Virus record (IMG/VR): IMGVR_UViG_3300021197_000868
Span: 32,001 to 96,000 of that record
Length of the DNA stretch: 64,000 bases
Source: a virus
Direction: 5' to 3' (one strand)
Of the stretch, positions 1 to 9,411 are shown piece after piece. Both the position numbers and the translations under genes were made by a program. Position 1 is the first letter of the stretch. Each line of letters begins with the position of its first letter. Under the pieces are notes generated by a model. It saw only the letters and a list, made by a program, of their open reading frames with translations, was not told where the DNA came from and ran no database searches.

Positions 1-681
1 AAAGCAGAGCAGAAACGTCTTGAATACGTAAGTGAGCAACTCCTGATTAAAGGTCCTATGTCAGTAAAAATCCTTCAAAGTAATTTGAGTGAAGAAGGAA
101 TGATAAGTAAGTCATTTACATCTCGTAAGTTTACTACACTGCTTAACATGTTTGGTGAGGAATATGACATCATGAAGGGTAGTAAAAAAGGAACATATGT
201 TCGCCTTTCAAATGTAGGATTAGTCTTGAAGGATGTATGGTCATACGGCGCAGGTTTCCTCGATGCTGATGGTTACATAACTATCACTGAAAGAGGAGAG
301 CCTCGTGCTGGTATGATTGCTACTGGTGAGAGAGGGCGTGTACACTGTGAAGACCTCTACAAGACTATGGATTGCGGGATTTTACAACTAGATAATAAAG
401 TACATAAAAACTCCAAGCGTAGTCAGCATAGACTACAATTTTATTCTAAAGCAGACCTTCGTAAGTTCCTAAACGGAGTTTTACCACATCTGAAAATGAA
501 AGATACACAAGCAAAAGCGGTGTTAGCATTCATTGAAGAAAAGGACCCTGTACGAAAGGAAGAGTTAAAGCGTTTAGTACGCTACAAGAATTGGGAGGAC
601 GATTCTCGTAAATCGTCCGAACTCCTTAATTCATGGGGCTTAGACGCAGACACAATAGGTAAGTATGCGGAGGGTCTATGA
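1..681 (+). CDS. LAGLIDADG endonuclease-domain protein, 5'-truncated by the window edge
   Basis: Motif YGAGFLDADGYIT. Frame 1 is open from base 1 (KAEQKRLEYV...), so the ATG at 58 is probably not the true start. Confidence 0.8.
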   Translation, partial: KAEQKRLEYVSEQLLIKGPMSVKILQSNLSEEGMISKSFTSRKFTTLLNMFGEEYDIMKGSKKGTYVRLSNVGLVLKDVWSYGAGFLDADGYITITERGEPRAGMIATGERGRVHCEDLYKTMDCGILQLDNKVHKNSKRSQHRLQFYSKADLRKFLNGVLPHLKMKDTQAKAVLAFIEEKDPVRKEELKRLVRYKNWEDDSRKSSELLNSWGLDADTIGKYAEGL

Positions 682-2405
682 TGGCAGAAGAAGAAAAAGG
701 TCCAGTTAGTCGTTTCTTATCCGCTATTGCTAGTCCATTCCGTCGTAGGACTACACCTCAACCACAAATGCCCCTGTATACCACTGGTATACAAGAGCCA
801 GTGCTGGCTCAAGGTATTACCATACCTGCTCTTTATGCTGTAAGCCAAGAGAATCTTATTCTAAGAACTGTCCAATCTAAATTACGTCAAGAGATTTTCC
901 GACGTGGTTATCACTGGGAAAAGAAGTTTAGAAAGAAATGTATAGAGTGTGAAGAAGAGTTCCATCATGACGTAGAAGTTTGTAAGTCATGCGGTGGTGA
1001 AGTTCGTGACCCTGACCCTGAGCAGGTCATTTACGCTAAGTGGTTATTGAACGAAACCAATGCTATGGAGCAAACTTTCATGGAAGTGCTTGGTGAAATT
1101 GAAAATGACTTAAACGTTGTAGACGATGCCTTTTTACTTTTGATTAAAGAATACTATGTAGACCCTGAAAATGGAGATATTGCTTTCTATCGTGTTAAAG
1201 ATATAGTACGTGGTGACCCTATCTTCATGCGAATTATCGCTGATAAGCGTGGTATTCGTGGAGGGAGATACAAGATTTGTCGCATTCATCGTGACCAAGT
1301 TGCATATCCGGGTCAAGAGCCTAAATGTCAGACATGTGGCTCCCGTCTAGTTGACGCTCATTATGTCAACATGGCGGGCTCAGGTAAGAATCAATACTTC
1401 ACGAAAGGTGAAGTAATTCATATCAGTAAGTATAATCCATCGAAGTTGTATGGTCGTGCTCCTGTTAACACTATGTGGAGACAAGCGATGAGTCTTACAG
1501 CGATGGATAACTACATCTATACTTCCTATCAGAAACGTCGTACTCCAAAGGGTATTATTTCAGTCACTACAGACAATCTTGAATCTATGAAATCGTTTTG
1601 GAAATCTGTTGATGAAAAGATGGAGCGTGACCCTCACTATGTACCTAAAGTGGGTATTGAATCCTCTTCAGGCCGTGGTGGTGTGAACTGGGTTAAGTTC
1701 ATGGACACTTTAGAAGAGATGCAGTACATGGCTGTACGTGATGAGATTCGTAATCGTATCGCTGCATTCTATGGTGTATCATCAATCTTTATGATTGACA
1801 ATGGTAAATCAGGTGGACTGAATAATGAAGGTCTACAGATTCTCGTTACTAATCGTGCTGTGGAGTTTGGTCAGAAAGTTTACACTGACAATTTATTCCC
1901 ACGTATGTTGAAGGAAATGGATGTTACCGATTGGAAATTAACACTCTATCCTAACGAAGAAGAAGATGAAATTACAAGACTACGCCGTGATGAAATGGAA
2001 GTTAACCTAGCACAGCGTATGGCTATGTTAGGTTATAAGCCTGAATTATTAGAAGAAGGGGATAGAGATATTCGCTTTGTTTACAAAAAGCAAGAAGAGC
2101 AACCTCAACCTCCTCAAGGAGGAGCACCACCGGGTATGCCTCCGGGTGGAGGAATGCCACCGGGTATGCCTCCGGGTGGAGGAATGCCACCTCAGATGCA
2201 AGGAGGAGGACCAATGCCGCCATCACAACCCGGTGGTGAAGGACAAGGAATACGTACTCCACGCTCACCAGCAAGACCGCAAGCACGCTCTTCACCCGGA
2301 GCAGGTTCACCTATGTCTAGTGTCCAGCAAAGAGGACCAGCACCTACAATTTCGCAGCAAAATAGTAATGCTATGTTAAACTCAAGGAGGCCGAGAGGTC
2401 AGTAA
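678..2405 (+). CDS. Portal protein with zinc-ribbon insertions and a Pro/Gly-rich C-terminal tail
   Basis: Portal-like segments (EIENDLNVVDDAFL, EVIHISKYNPSKLYGRAP, TPKGII, RNRIAAFYGVS). First gene of the head module. Contains CxxC pairs. Confidence 0.85.
   Translation: MMAEEEKGPVSRFLSAIASPFRRRTTPQPQMPLYTTGIQEPVLAQGITIPALYAVSQENLILRTVQSKLRQEIFRRGYHWEKKFRKKCIECEEEFHHDVEVCKSCGGEVRDPDPEQVIYAKWLLNETNAMEQTFMEVLGEIENDLNVVDDAFLLLIKEYYVDPENGDIAFYRVKDIVRGDPIFMRIIADKRGIRGGRYKICRIHRDQVAYPGQEPKCQTCGSRLVDAHYVNMAGSGKNQYFTKGEVIHISKYNPSKLYGRAPVNTMWRQAMSLTAMDNYIYTSYQKRRTPKGIISVTTDNLESMKSFWKSVDEKMERDPHYVPKVGIESSSGRGGVNWVKFMDTLEEMQYMAVRDEIRNRIAAFYGVSSIFMIDNGKSGGLNNEGLQILVTNRAVEFGQKVYTDNLFPRMLKEMDVTDWKLTLYPNEEEDEITRLRRDEMEVNLAQRMAMLGYKPELLEEGDRDIRFVYKKQEEQPQPPQGGAPPGMPPGGGMPPGMPPGGGMPPQMQGGGPMPPSQPGGEGQGIRTPRSPARPQARSSPGAGSPMSSVQQRGPAPTISQQNSNAMLNSRRPRGQ
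2127..2191 (+). repeat. 30-bp in-frame tandem repeat (just over 2 copies) encoding PPGMPPGGGM
   Basis: ccaccgggtatgcctccgggtggaggaatg at 2127 and 2157, plus a partial copy at 2187. Confidence 0.95.
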
Positions 2406-2407
2406 CA

Positions 2408-2424
2408 TTATTTAAGGCTGCATT
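2408..2424 (+). promoter_or_regulatory. Archaeal TATA-like promoter upstream of the head-protein genes
   Basis: TTATTTAAGGCTGCAT in the intergenic gap, about 35-40 bp before the ATG at 2451; a GAGGGGAG RBS follows. Confidence 0.5.
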
Positions 2425-2450
2425 GATACGAATAACAAGAGGGGAGTAGA

Positions 2451-2798
2451 ATGAACTTAAAGAAAATGGACCCAATGGCCCGAAAACTTGCTGTACATAG
2501 TGAGCAATTCGCTAAGGCTTTAGAGAATGGAAATGCAGTAGATGCTCAAGCACATATCAATGAAGTATTGAAGTTTGCTGGCTTCTTATCAGACGACTTA
2601 CACACTGCTGTAGTTAAAGCAGAAAGAGAAACTGTTGACTTACAATTTAATATGATTTCAAAGATGAATGTTTCAGGACAGAAGTTTGATGTTAAGCAGC
2701 GTAACGATGTACTACCCGGTACAGTTATCGCCGCTAGAACTCAAAGAGGTATGACTCCTCACAAAGGTACATTCGGAAGATTCGTACCTGACCAGTAG
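2451..2798 (+). CDS. Hypothetical head-module protein
   Basis: ORF with RBS, located between portal and protease; contains VVKAE. Confidence 0.6.
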   Translation: MNLKKMDPMARKLAVHSEQFAKALENGNAVDAQAHINEVLKFAGFLSDDLHTAVVKAERETVDLQFNMISKMNVSGQKFDVKQRNDVLPGTVIAARTQRGMTPHKGTFGRFVPDQ

Positions 2799-2806
2799 GT
2801 GATTTA

Positions 2807-3130
2807 ATGAGCGATAATACTACTGAAAAGTTAATGAATACACTTATTTCAAAAATGGAAAACATGGACAATGACCTTCAGTCGTTAAAGCACCAAAATG
2901 CTGAGTTACGTAAGGCTCTAAATAATCCTACTTCTCTACTCCGTAAGGCTGGATTTGTAACTTCCACAACTCCTTTGAACGAAGATGTATCAGTCGACGC
3001 ATTCCGTGCTAACGATGATTCTATCATAAAAGGACATGATGACTTTTCTAATTCCGAGATACACCAAATGACTTGGGATGAGATTCACAATATGGCTGAG
3101 CAGGTCAAAGGTACTGAGGTGATTTCATGA
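2807..3130 (+). CDS. Small coiled-coil head protein with a scaffold-like C-terminal motif
   Basis: GGTGA RBS, N-terminal coiled coil. C-terminus MTWDEIHNMA resembles the scaffold C-terminus MSWDEVHQLA. Confidence 0.65.
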   Translation: MSDNTTEKLMNTLISKMENMDNDLQSLKHQNAELRKALNNPTSLLRKAGFVTSTTPLNEDVSVDAFRANDDSIIKGHDDFSNSEIHQMTWDEIHNMAEQVKGTEVIS

Positions 3131-3906
3131 GGCCAGTTAAGTCAGATAGAAGTAAAGAAGCAGACGATTTACTAAAGAAAGCAGAATATCTTCTGAAGAA
3201 AGCAGAAGATTTAGACATGATAGAACATGAAGGTGAAGATGTACCTGCTTTTGTCGCTGATGGAAAAGGACCTAACGATAAGAAGTCTAAGAAGTCTAAG
3301 GTATGCCCTGAATGTAAAGGTAAAGGGGATGATTGTGAATGCAATGAATCCGAAGATGAATCCGAAGATGAATCTGAGGGAGACTGCCCTGAATGCGGTG
3401 AAAAAATGAATAAGATGGGTTGCATGAAGATGGGCTGTGGTGGTAAAGTGGCTAAGGGAGCAGATATGGGCTCTCAGCCTAATTTCATTACTTCCTTTGA
3501 TTCTAATCCTCAAAACGTAATGTTTGCTGCTGAAAGCGGAGGACAAACTCGCAACGCCTATTACTCCACTAATCAACATTTATACAATGGTGAAGATGTA
3601 ACCAACAAAGGTTCAATATCTGAATCAGTGAATGTTGAGGCTCTATCTCCTAAAATGAACCCACATGATAGTATACAACGCCAAGTTGAGAACGGAGTGC
3701 TATCAAAGGCAGAAGAGGCACTAGCCAAAGCAAAAGAAGATTTGGCTAAGGCAGTATGTCGTCAATGTGGTGGCAATCAATTTTCAGGCTGTAAGTTAGG
3801 ATTCGGTATGGACTGCCCCGGTTTATCGGGCACAGGCCACGATAACGTTGGCGCTGAAGAAGGTCACCGTGACTCCGCCCCACCATCTGAATGGACTCAA
3901 TACTGA
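3127..3906 (+). CDS. Cys-rich (zinc-finger-like), acidic, low-complexity head-module protein
   Basis: CPECKGKGDDCEC, CPECG...GCMKMGCG and CRQCGG; many xK-[AG] sites; ATGA overlap with the upstream gene. Confidence 0.6.
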   Translation: MRPVKSDRSKEADDLLKKAEYLLKKAEDLDMIEHEGEDVPAFVADGKGPNDKKSKKSKVCPECKGKGDDCECNESEDESEDESEGDCPECGEKMNKMGCMKMGCGGKVAKGADMGSQPNFITSFDSNPQNVMFAAESGGQTRNAYYSTNQHLYNGEDVTNKGSISESVNVEALSPKMNPHDSIQRQVENGVLSKAEEALAKAKEDLAKAVCRQCGGNQFSGCKLGFGMDCPGLSGTGHDNVGAEEGHRDSAPPSEWTQY

Positions 3907-3919
3907 TGGTGGTGTTGAT

Positions 3920-6900
3920 GTGCGAGAAGATGCTGCTGACTGGTATCTAAGAGCACGTTCAGACTTAGTCAAATCTATTCTTGATGAATTAGACTATGAT
4001 TACTCAGTTGGTAATTATGTTCTAGCGAGTGAGAACCTAAGAAGACACGGCTACGATGTAGTTAAAGGCCCTGAAGATTTCATTTGTGATTTAGTAGTCA
4101 AAGAAGAGATGAAAGAGGATGAAAAGTCTTGGAAGGAAAAAATCGCCTCCGGTGATAGAAAAGAGATAGCAGAAGGCCGTTTAGAAAGACGGCAAGAAGA
4201 AAGAGGAAAATTAGAGCAACGTGGTCGTGAAAGAACATATGATACCTCTTATCTTTCTACTGGTTCAACAGCAAACATTGTACCTGACCATCATTGGCAA
4301 AATAGATTTAAAGAATCTACTACTCATGATTTCGTGAGCCTCTTCCCTGATGCTGATATAAAAGAAGACTCTCTTTATCCTAACACCCATCCTTTTCAAA
4401 AGGAAAACCACCCTCTTTTAACGACTAATGTACGTACTGGTCTACCTGCTTTCATTGAAACTTTACGAGACTTATACTTACCTTCTAAACCCGGTGCTAG
4501 TTCTTTAGCAGAGCAAATAAAAAAGCACGAAACAATGCAAGAAAACCATCATGTGAAAAACAATAATTCCAGTGTTACTGGTGTTAAGGATTCTATCACT
4601 GGTGAAATATCACATCCTTTTTCAGGACCTCTTCACGACTCTCACCTTCATGATATGTACTTAGACAATCTTGAAAACTGGAAACATGAAAATCAAGACC
4701 TAGTTGATTCAATTACAAAAAAATATAGTAACCCCGAAGAACAGGATTTTGCTATAGCGCAAGCCCATATGGATAATGCGATAAAAGGCTGGATGAATAA
4801 AGACGTAAATGATAGTGGTATGAGAACATCATTAGGATGGGGTGGTTATAATTTAGGTCTTGAATGGCTTTCACCAACGCAGAGAAATAACGTTGTAGAG
4901 CATTTAATGGGCAGTGGCTCAACATCACAAGGGGCTCAAAAAATATCCATAGATGGGAGTAAGGGTAAGCATATATCAGTTGGTCGAATAAAACGTAATT
5001 TAAAGCATAGGTTCTCTCCTGAGTTTTTCCATCAAATGAGAGGTATAATTCATACTTCTCAGAATCAAAGAAAACATGTTGAGGGAGAGGGCGATGTACG
5101 TGATATGAATGACCATGATTACCAGTTACTGTATGATGCTTTACATGACACTCATCACGAAGAGCATGGAAATATGGCTAATGCTATTATTAATGCTTTA
5201 AATGAAAAGCATGGTGGTGGGGATTCAGAACCACTTACTAGTATTCATGGGTTGAGAAGTTATCCTAAGTTGAAGCAGTCATTAAAATCACAAGATGTAA
5301 TACAAGCATTAGCAGACACTGGTGAAAATGTAATGAATAGGGGAGTAAATAGAGCAGCCTTACTTCATCTTCTTGGGTTAAAACAAACAAAAGATGGTTA
5401 CGAAGTTAACGAAAAAGGGCACTTTAATCACACTGATAGACCATTAAGTGTTGAGGATATGAAAAAACTCGATGAGACAATGGTTGAAAAACGCATAGGT
5501 TTACTAAAAGATAAGATGATTAGGAATGCAGAATCTCACGGTCATTTAGGTTTTAACGGCCCCCATGATGAAGATATTCCTGAAGATGAAAATGATTTAT
5601 GGATGCGTACCCAACACGGTACTGTTGGGAATGGTGCTATATTCAGTATGCCTTTCATGCGTGGTGGGAATGGTCGTAGTTCTTTAGCAAAACTTGAAAT
5701 GTTACATGACTGGATGCCTAAAGATGAAGAAGGTAATAGTCTAATTGGGGATATTACCCCTGAAGGAGCACTGAGAATCAATAATAAAAATGTAGGATTA
5801 TTTGGCTCAGTTGTACCTGCTGATTCTCAAATGATGGATAGTTCGTCTATGGGTCATCATCAAACTCAATCCTTTTGGGATGCCTCCTCTCATAGAAAAG
5901 AAAGTAAAAAGGGGAGATTCAAAAACAGAAACACCAAACAAAGTCATCATATAGGGCATTCTACTTTAGACCCTGAGATAGCAAATACTCTAGGTAGACT
6001 TACTAGAGATGAGAGGGTAGATGCTATTGGTACAGGTGGCTTTACTCACCATCTTGAGGGTCGTTCTACATCAGCGCATAACCCGATAATGCAGAGAGGA
6101 CAAAGTGCTACCGGGATTGAAACTAGAATCCGTGACAATGGTCGTTTAAGTCACAATGTACACACTAGATTAGGTAGAAATCACCCTCCTCATAAACCTG
6201 CTAAAGTTAGAATGTTAAAACACACTGAAATGAAATTACCAAAAAATAAACAACACCGTACTCATACTGGTGACGCTAGAGTGTTTGACGCTGTTCATGA
6301 ATTGTCAGGTAAAAGTAGAAAAGACTTACCTGAGAAATCCACTCTTGAATATCAAGAGAAACTAGAGAGTGCTTTAGATGAAGTTAATCATTTAGAAGAT
6401 ATGGTGACTATGTATGCCGACACTGGAGATGAAATGCCTGACGGTTTAATGGATAAACTGATGGCTGCTAAAATGAATCTAAAGAATCTTGAAGAAGTTG
6501 ACGCTACTACCCTTGCTTCGGGTAGAGGTATGACTCATCATCATAAACAGTTTGACCTAAAAATGGATGGTGACTTAACTGCTATCACACAAATGGCTGC
6601 TAAACTCAAACCTATTATGGAAAAAGAAGACCCTACTGCATTCGATACTACTAACAAATTGAAGTTTCTTTCTAACACATCACGTCTATACCATGATGCT
6701 AATAGAATGCTTATGATAGCACCTAATGATTCACATGGACTAACCACTTATGGTCCCGGTATAGATGAAGAAAAAATAAAATCCGCTAGTGCGATTGCTT
6801 CTGAAATTACTGGTGATACAATAGTTCCTCATCGTAATATGATGCTAAGCACTATGGAACACGGTGTTGACATTACCCATGATATGTCAATTGAAGATGT

Positions 6901-9367
6901 TATGAGTGCTATTGGTTTTGACCACGATGAAGATGACCCTCTTTACGAGCAACACAAAGACCTTGCTGAAAGGCTACGTGATAGTGCTCCTACTGAAGGT
7001 GGTTTACGGGCTATGACCCACGGCTCTTTATTGAGCACTGGAATGGCTTTCCATCCTAGAGGTCAAGACATTTCCTTAGACCATGAAAAGCATACTAATC
7101 ACATGAATGCTTTTGAAGAGACTTATGATAACGAGCCTGTAGTTCAGCGTTACAAAGAAATGGCTAGGGAAAAAGCACTGACTGGTAGAACTACTGAGAG
7201 AGGAAAAGAAACTAAAGGTTTGAACGAGTGGTTTAAGACTAATTTTCTTGGTAAATTAGGAGTAATTCCTCGTTTAATGAGCAAGCATTACAAACCAGAA
7301 TCTGAAAAATATGGATTAATGCACTTACCGATGGGTGATGTGAAGGATAAAAGTCACAATAAGAGTAAAGTTAAAAGTTTAATTCATGATATAATCGCAG
7401 TAGACCCTAAAATGGTTGACGTTGAACATGCTATTAAGCCCACAATAGATAGTACAGAGACTCCTATTGATAAATTAAACAGAAGTCATGGGCGAGAAAT
7501 ACACCCCGCTACGTCATTAAAGGGAGCCAACGTAGGCGACTATTTCGTTTCAGGTGCTATGGAAATGGGCTACCCAATGACTCCTACAGTTGGAATAGAA
7601 TGGGATGGTAGTAACTTTGTGGCTGGAACTAACATGCCTAGTCAGCAACAACTTCATTCTATTTCCGAGGAATCTTTGAATGCTATTCATGGTGAAGATA
7701 CAGTGAAACAAGTAATGGCTTTACCCGGACAATTCCCTAGCGGTCCTAATTCTCAGAACCCTAATCTTTTACTTGGAGGTAGAGCCGAGAGTGATAATCC
7801 TGATGATATGGGTAAATCTGATGATATGGGTGATACACTTACTGCCCTCATGGACCCTGATGTTTTGATTAAGAGTGATGATGGTAAACCACTTCCTATT
7901 CTTCCTATGCACCGTATATTCTCAGTTAAGGACTTTGAAGCATTACGTGGTTTTAGTGGTGAATGGGCTGCTTCAATACTCCCTGCTGATGAAAGATTCA
8001 TAGTTCGTAAGAAGGGTAATAGAGTCACAGCATATGATAAGGATGGTGATGTTGCTTTATCACCTGAAGATAGAAAACAATTCAAACTACTAAATGACAA
8101 GAACTGGATGTTAGATGCTGTTAAGGACGGTGGTGAGATTAACATTGTAGACATAATAGAATACGATGATACAAACATAGCCGACATGACTGTACGAGAG
8201 CGTTTGAAAGTTCTAAGAGGACAGTTCGATAGCCATGAACATGTCATAATTCCCGGCCCTCATAATCTACGATTAACAGATAATGAAGGACTAGAGACGG
8301 TTGTTGAAAGTTTAAATGAATCAGGAGAGCGTATTTTACTTCGTGACGCTACCTCTACTTACATGCGTGGAGAGAGAAGACACCCTAAGTGGTTCTTACT
8401 TAGACCTGATAAAGAAGTGACTCTCATCATTTTAGATGTTAGGGGTAAAGGTCCTTTCACTTATAGATTAGGAGCAGGGCCACTCGATGTAGAAGGTTTC
8501 GGTAATCGTGGTGTAGAATATGAAGGACAATCATATCTTGATGTGGGTACTGTAAAGAGTTCTAAACCATTTGAAGAAGGTGACTTTGTGAATGTTAAGA
8601 CTTCAGGTGTTAAATCAAGAAATCGAAATGGTAAGACTATATACGACGTAGCCGTATCTAAGATAGTTACAGAGACTGATGATGCTCCTGCTTCTCTTGA
8701 GACATTGTCACTGTTAACTAAATCACATTCTGTTATACCTGTTCAATTTTCAATCGACGTAACACATAATAAATTAACAGTATCTATACCTCAAGTAGAT
8801 GATGTAATCTACAAGATGAATAGAAACGCACATGGGCAGTGGGCTCACTCCCCTTACTCCACCTTGGCTGATTTACAAAAGAATGAATATCCTATTCTAT
8901 TGGCTGAAAGCCTACGACCTTTATGGAATCAAGCAGCCTCTTTAATGCTAAAGGGCGTAAAAGTCGGTATTGAAAGTGGTACACGTAGTATGTCAGACCC
9001 TAAACATCGTAAGCAAAGTGAAAAAGAATCCGCTGGTATTATTGATGATGATGATGAAATGAACATTCTAAAGCCTCAAATGGTAAAGACTCTAAGTCGT
9101 ATTGCTAACTTAGTAGATAAGGTAGCGAAAGAAAAAATGTCAGGAAGAGTAGGCGCTCAAGGCTTCGGAATAGATGTAGGTGATGGTACTGAGTCACCTA
9201 GAGGCCCTACTTCTCTTACAAGTGAAGAGTCACTACCTGACTGGGATATGTTGGAACGTCCTACCGAAGACCCCGAAGAAGAATACCCAGCGGCTCGTAG
9301 CAAGAGGCTAAAGCAAAAAAATAGAGAGGAGTCTAACGTTTATGAAGGAGATGAGGAAAATGAGTGA
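3920..9367 (+). CDS. Large His-rich putative internal head protein with a C-terminal degenerate ATP-dependent DNA ligase-like domain
   Basis: Probable GTG start at 3920 after a GGTGGTG RBS (the track starts at 3848). The region ~7885-8700 has ligase-like motifs: PILPM, GEWAASILPADERF, WMLDAV, IVDIIEYDD, RERLKVL, ERILLRDATSTYMRGERRHPKWFLLRP, then an OB-like segment. Confidence 0.7.
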   Translation: MREDAADWYLRARSDLVKSILDELDYDYSVGNYVLASENLRRHGYDVVKGPEDFICDLVVKEEMKEDEKSWKEKIASGDRKEIAEGRLERRQEERGKLEQRGRERTYDTSYLSTGSTANIVPDHHWQNRFKESTTHDFVSLFPDADIKEDSLYPNTHPFQKENHPLLTTNVRTGLPAFIETLRDLYLPSKPGASSLAEQIKKHETMQENHHVKNNNSSVTGVKDSITGEISHPFSGPLHDSHLHDMYLDNLENWKHENQDLVDSITKKYSNPEEQDFAIAQAHMDNAIKGWMNKDVNDSGMRTSLGWGGYNLGLEWLSPTQRNNVVEHLMGSGSTSQGAQKISIDGSKGKHISVGRIKRNLKHRFSPEFFHQMRGIIHTSQNQRKHVEGEGDVRDMNDHDYQLLYDALHDTHHEEHGNMANAIINALNEKHGGGDSEPLTSIHGLRSYPKLKQSLKSQDVIQALADTGENVMNRGVNRAALLHLLGLKQTKDGYEVNEKGHFNHTDRPLSVEDMKKLDETMVEKRIGLLKDKMIRNAESHGHLGFNGPHDEDIPEDENDLWMRTQHGTVGNGAIFSMPFMRGGNGRSSLAKLEMLHDWMPKDEEGNSLIGDITPEGALRINNKNVGLFGSVVPADSQMMDSSSMGHHQTQSFWDASSHRKESKKGRFKNRNTKQSHHIGHSTLDPEIANTLGRLTRDERVDAIGTGGFTHHLEGRSTSAHNPIMQRGQSATGIETRIRDNGRLSHNVHTRLGRNHPPHKPAKVRMLKHTEMKLPKNKQHRTHTGDARVFDAVHELSGKSRKDLPEKSTLEYQEKLESALDEVNHLEDMVTMYADTGDEMPDGLMDKLMAAKMNLKNLEEVDATTLASGRGMTHHHKQFDLKMDGDLTAITQMAAKLKPIMEKEDPTAFDTTNKLKFLSNTSRLYHDANRMLMIAPNDSHGLTTYGPGIDEEKIKSASAIASEITGDTIVPHRNMMLSTMEHGVDITHDMSIEDVMSAIGFDHDEDDPLYEQHKDLAERLRDSAPTEGGLRAMTHGSLLSTGMAFHPRGQDISLDHEKHTNHMNAFEETYDNEPVVQRYKEMAREKALTGRTTERGKETKGLNEWFKTNFLGKLGVIPRLMSKHYKPESEKYGLMHLPMGDVKDKSHNKSKVKSLIHDIIAVDPKMVDVEHAIKPTIDSTETPIDKLNRSHGREIHPATSLKGANVGDYFVSGAMEMGYPMTPTVGIEWDGSNFVAGTNMPSQQQLHSISEESLNAIHGEDTVKQVMALPGQFPSGPNSQNPNLLLGGRAESDNPDDMGKSDDMGDTLTALMDPDVLIKSDDGKPLPILPMHRIFSVKDFEALRGFSGEWAASILPADERFIVRKKGNRVTAYDKDGDVALSPEDRKQFKLLNDKNWMLDAVKDGGEINIVDIIEYDDTNIADMTVRERLKVLRGQFDSHEHVIIPGPHNLRLTDNEGLETVVESLNESGERILLRDATSTYMRGERRHPKWFLLRPDKEVTLIILDVRGKGPFTYRLGAGPLDVEGFGNRGVEYEGQSYLDVGTVKSSKPFEEGDFVNVKTSGVKSRNRNGKTIYDVAVSKIVTETDDAPASLETLSLLTKSHSVIPVQFSIDVTHNKLTVSIPQVDDVIYKMNRNAHGQWAHSPYSTLADLQKNEYPILLAESLRPLWNQAASLMLKGVKVGIESGTRSMSDPKHRKQSEKESAGIIDDDDEMNILKPQMVKTLSRIANLVDKVAKEKMSGRVGAQGFGIDVGDGTESPRGPTSLTSEESLPDWDMLERPTEDPEEEYPAARSKRLKQKNREESNVYEGDEENE

Positions 9368-9373
9368 TGCCGC

Positions 9374-9385
9374 TTTATTAATATA
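9374..9385 (+). promoter_or_regulatory. TATA-like box upstream of the protease/capsid operon
   Basis: TTTATTAATATA in a short intergenic gap, followed by a GAGGTG RBS. Confidence 0.5.
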
Positions 9386-9411
9386 CCAAAAGCAGACAAG
9401 AGGTGTTTAGT

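Noticed and set aside
1-681. LAGLIDADG domain as part of an intein in a terminase
   Set aside because: The ORF ends at a stop codon without the HN-[CST] splice junction, and no terminase motifs are visible in the window.
3340-3378. Short tandem repeat gaatccgaagat, and the 30-bp portal repeat, as CRISPR or regulatory repeats
   Set aside because: In-frame coding repeats in low-complexity protein regions, with no spacers.
3848-3919. Track-assigned upstream starts (3848, also 9403, 16125, 18552, 40029, 52144, 60763, 61689)
   Set aside because: They overlap upstream genes or coincide with the RBS itself; downstream ATG/GTG codons with properly spaced RBSs are more plausible.
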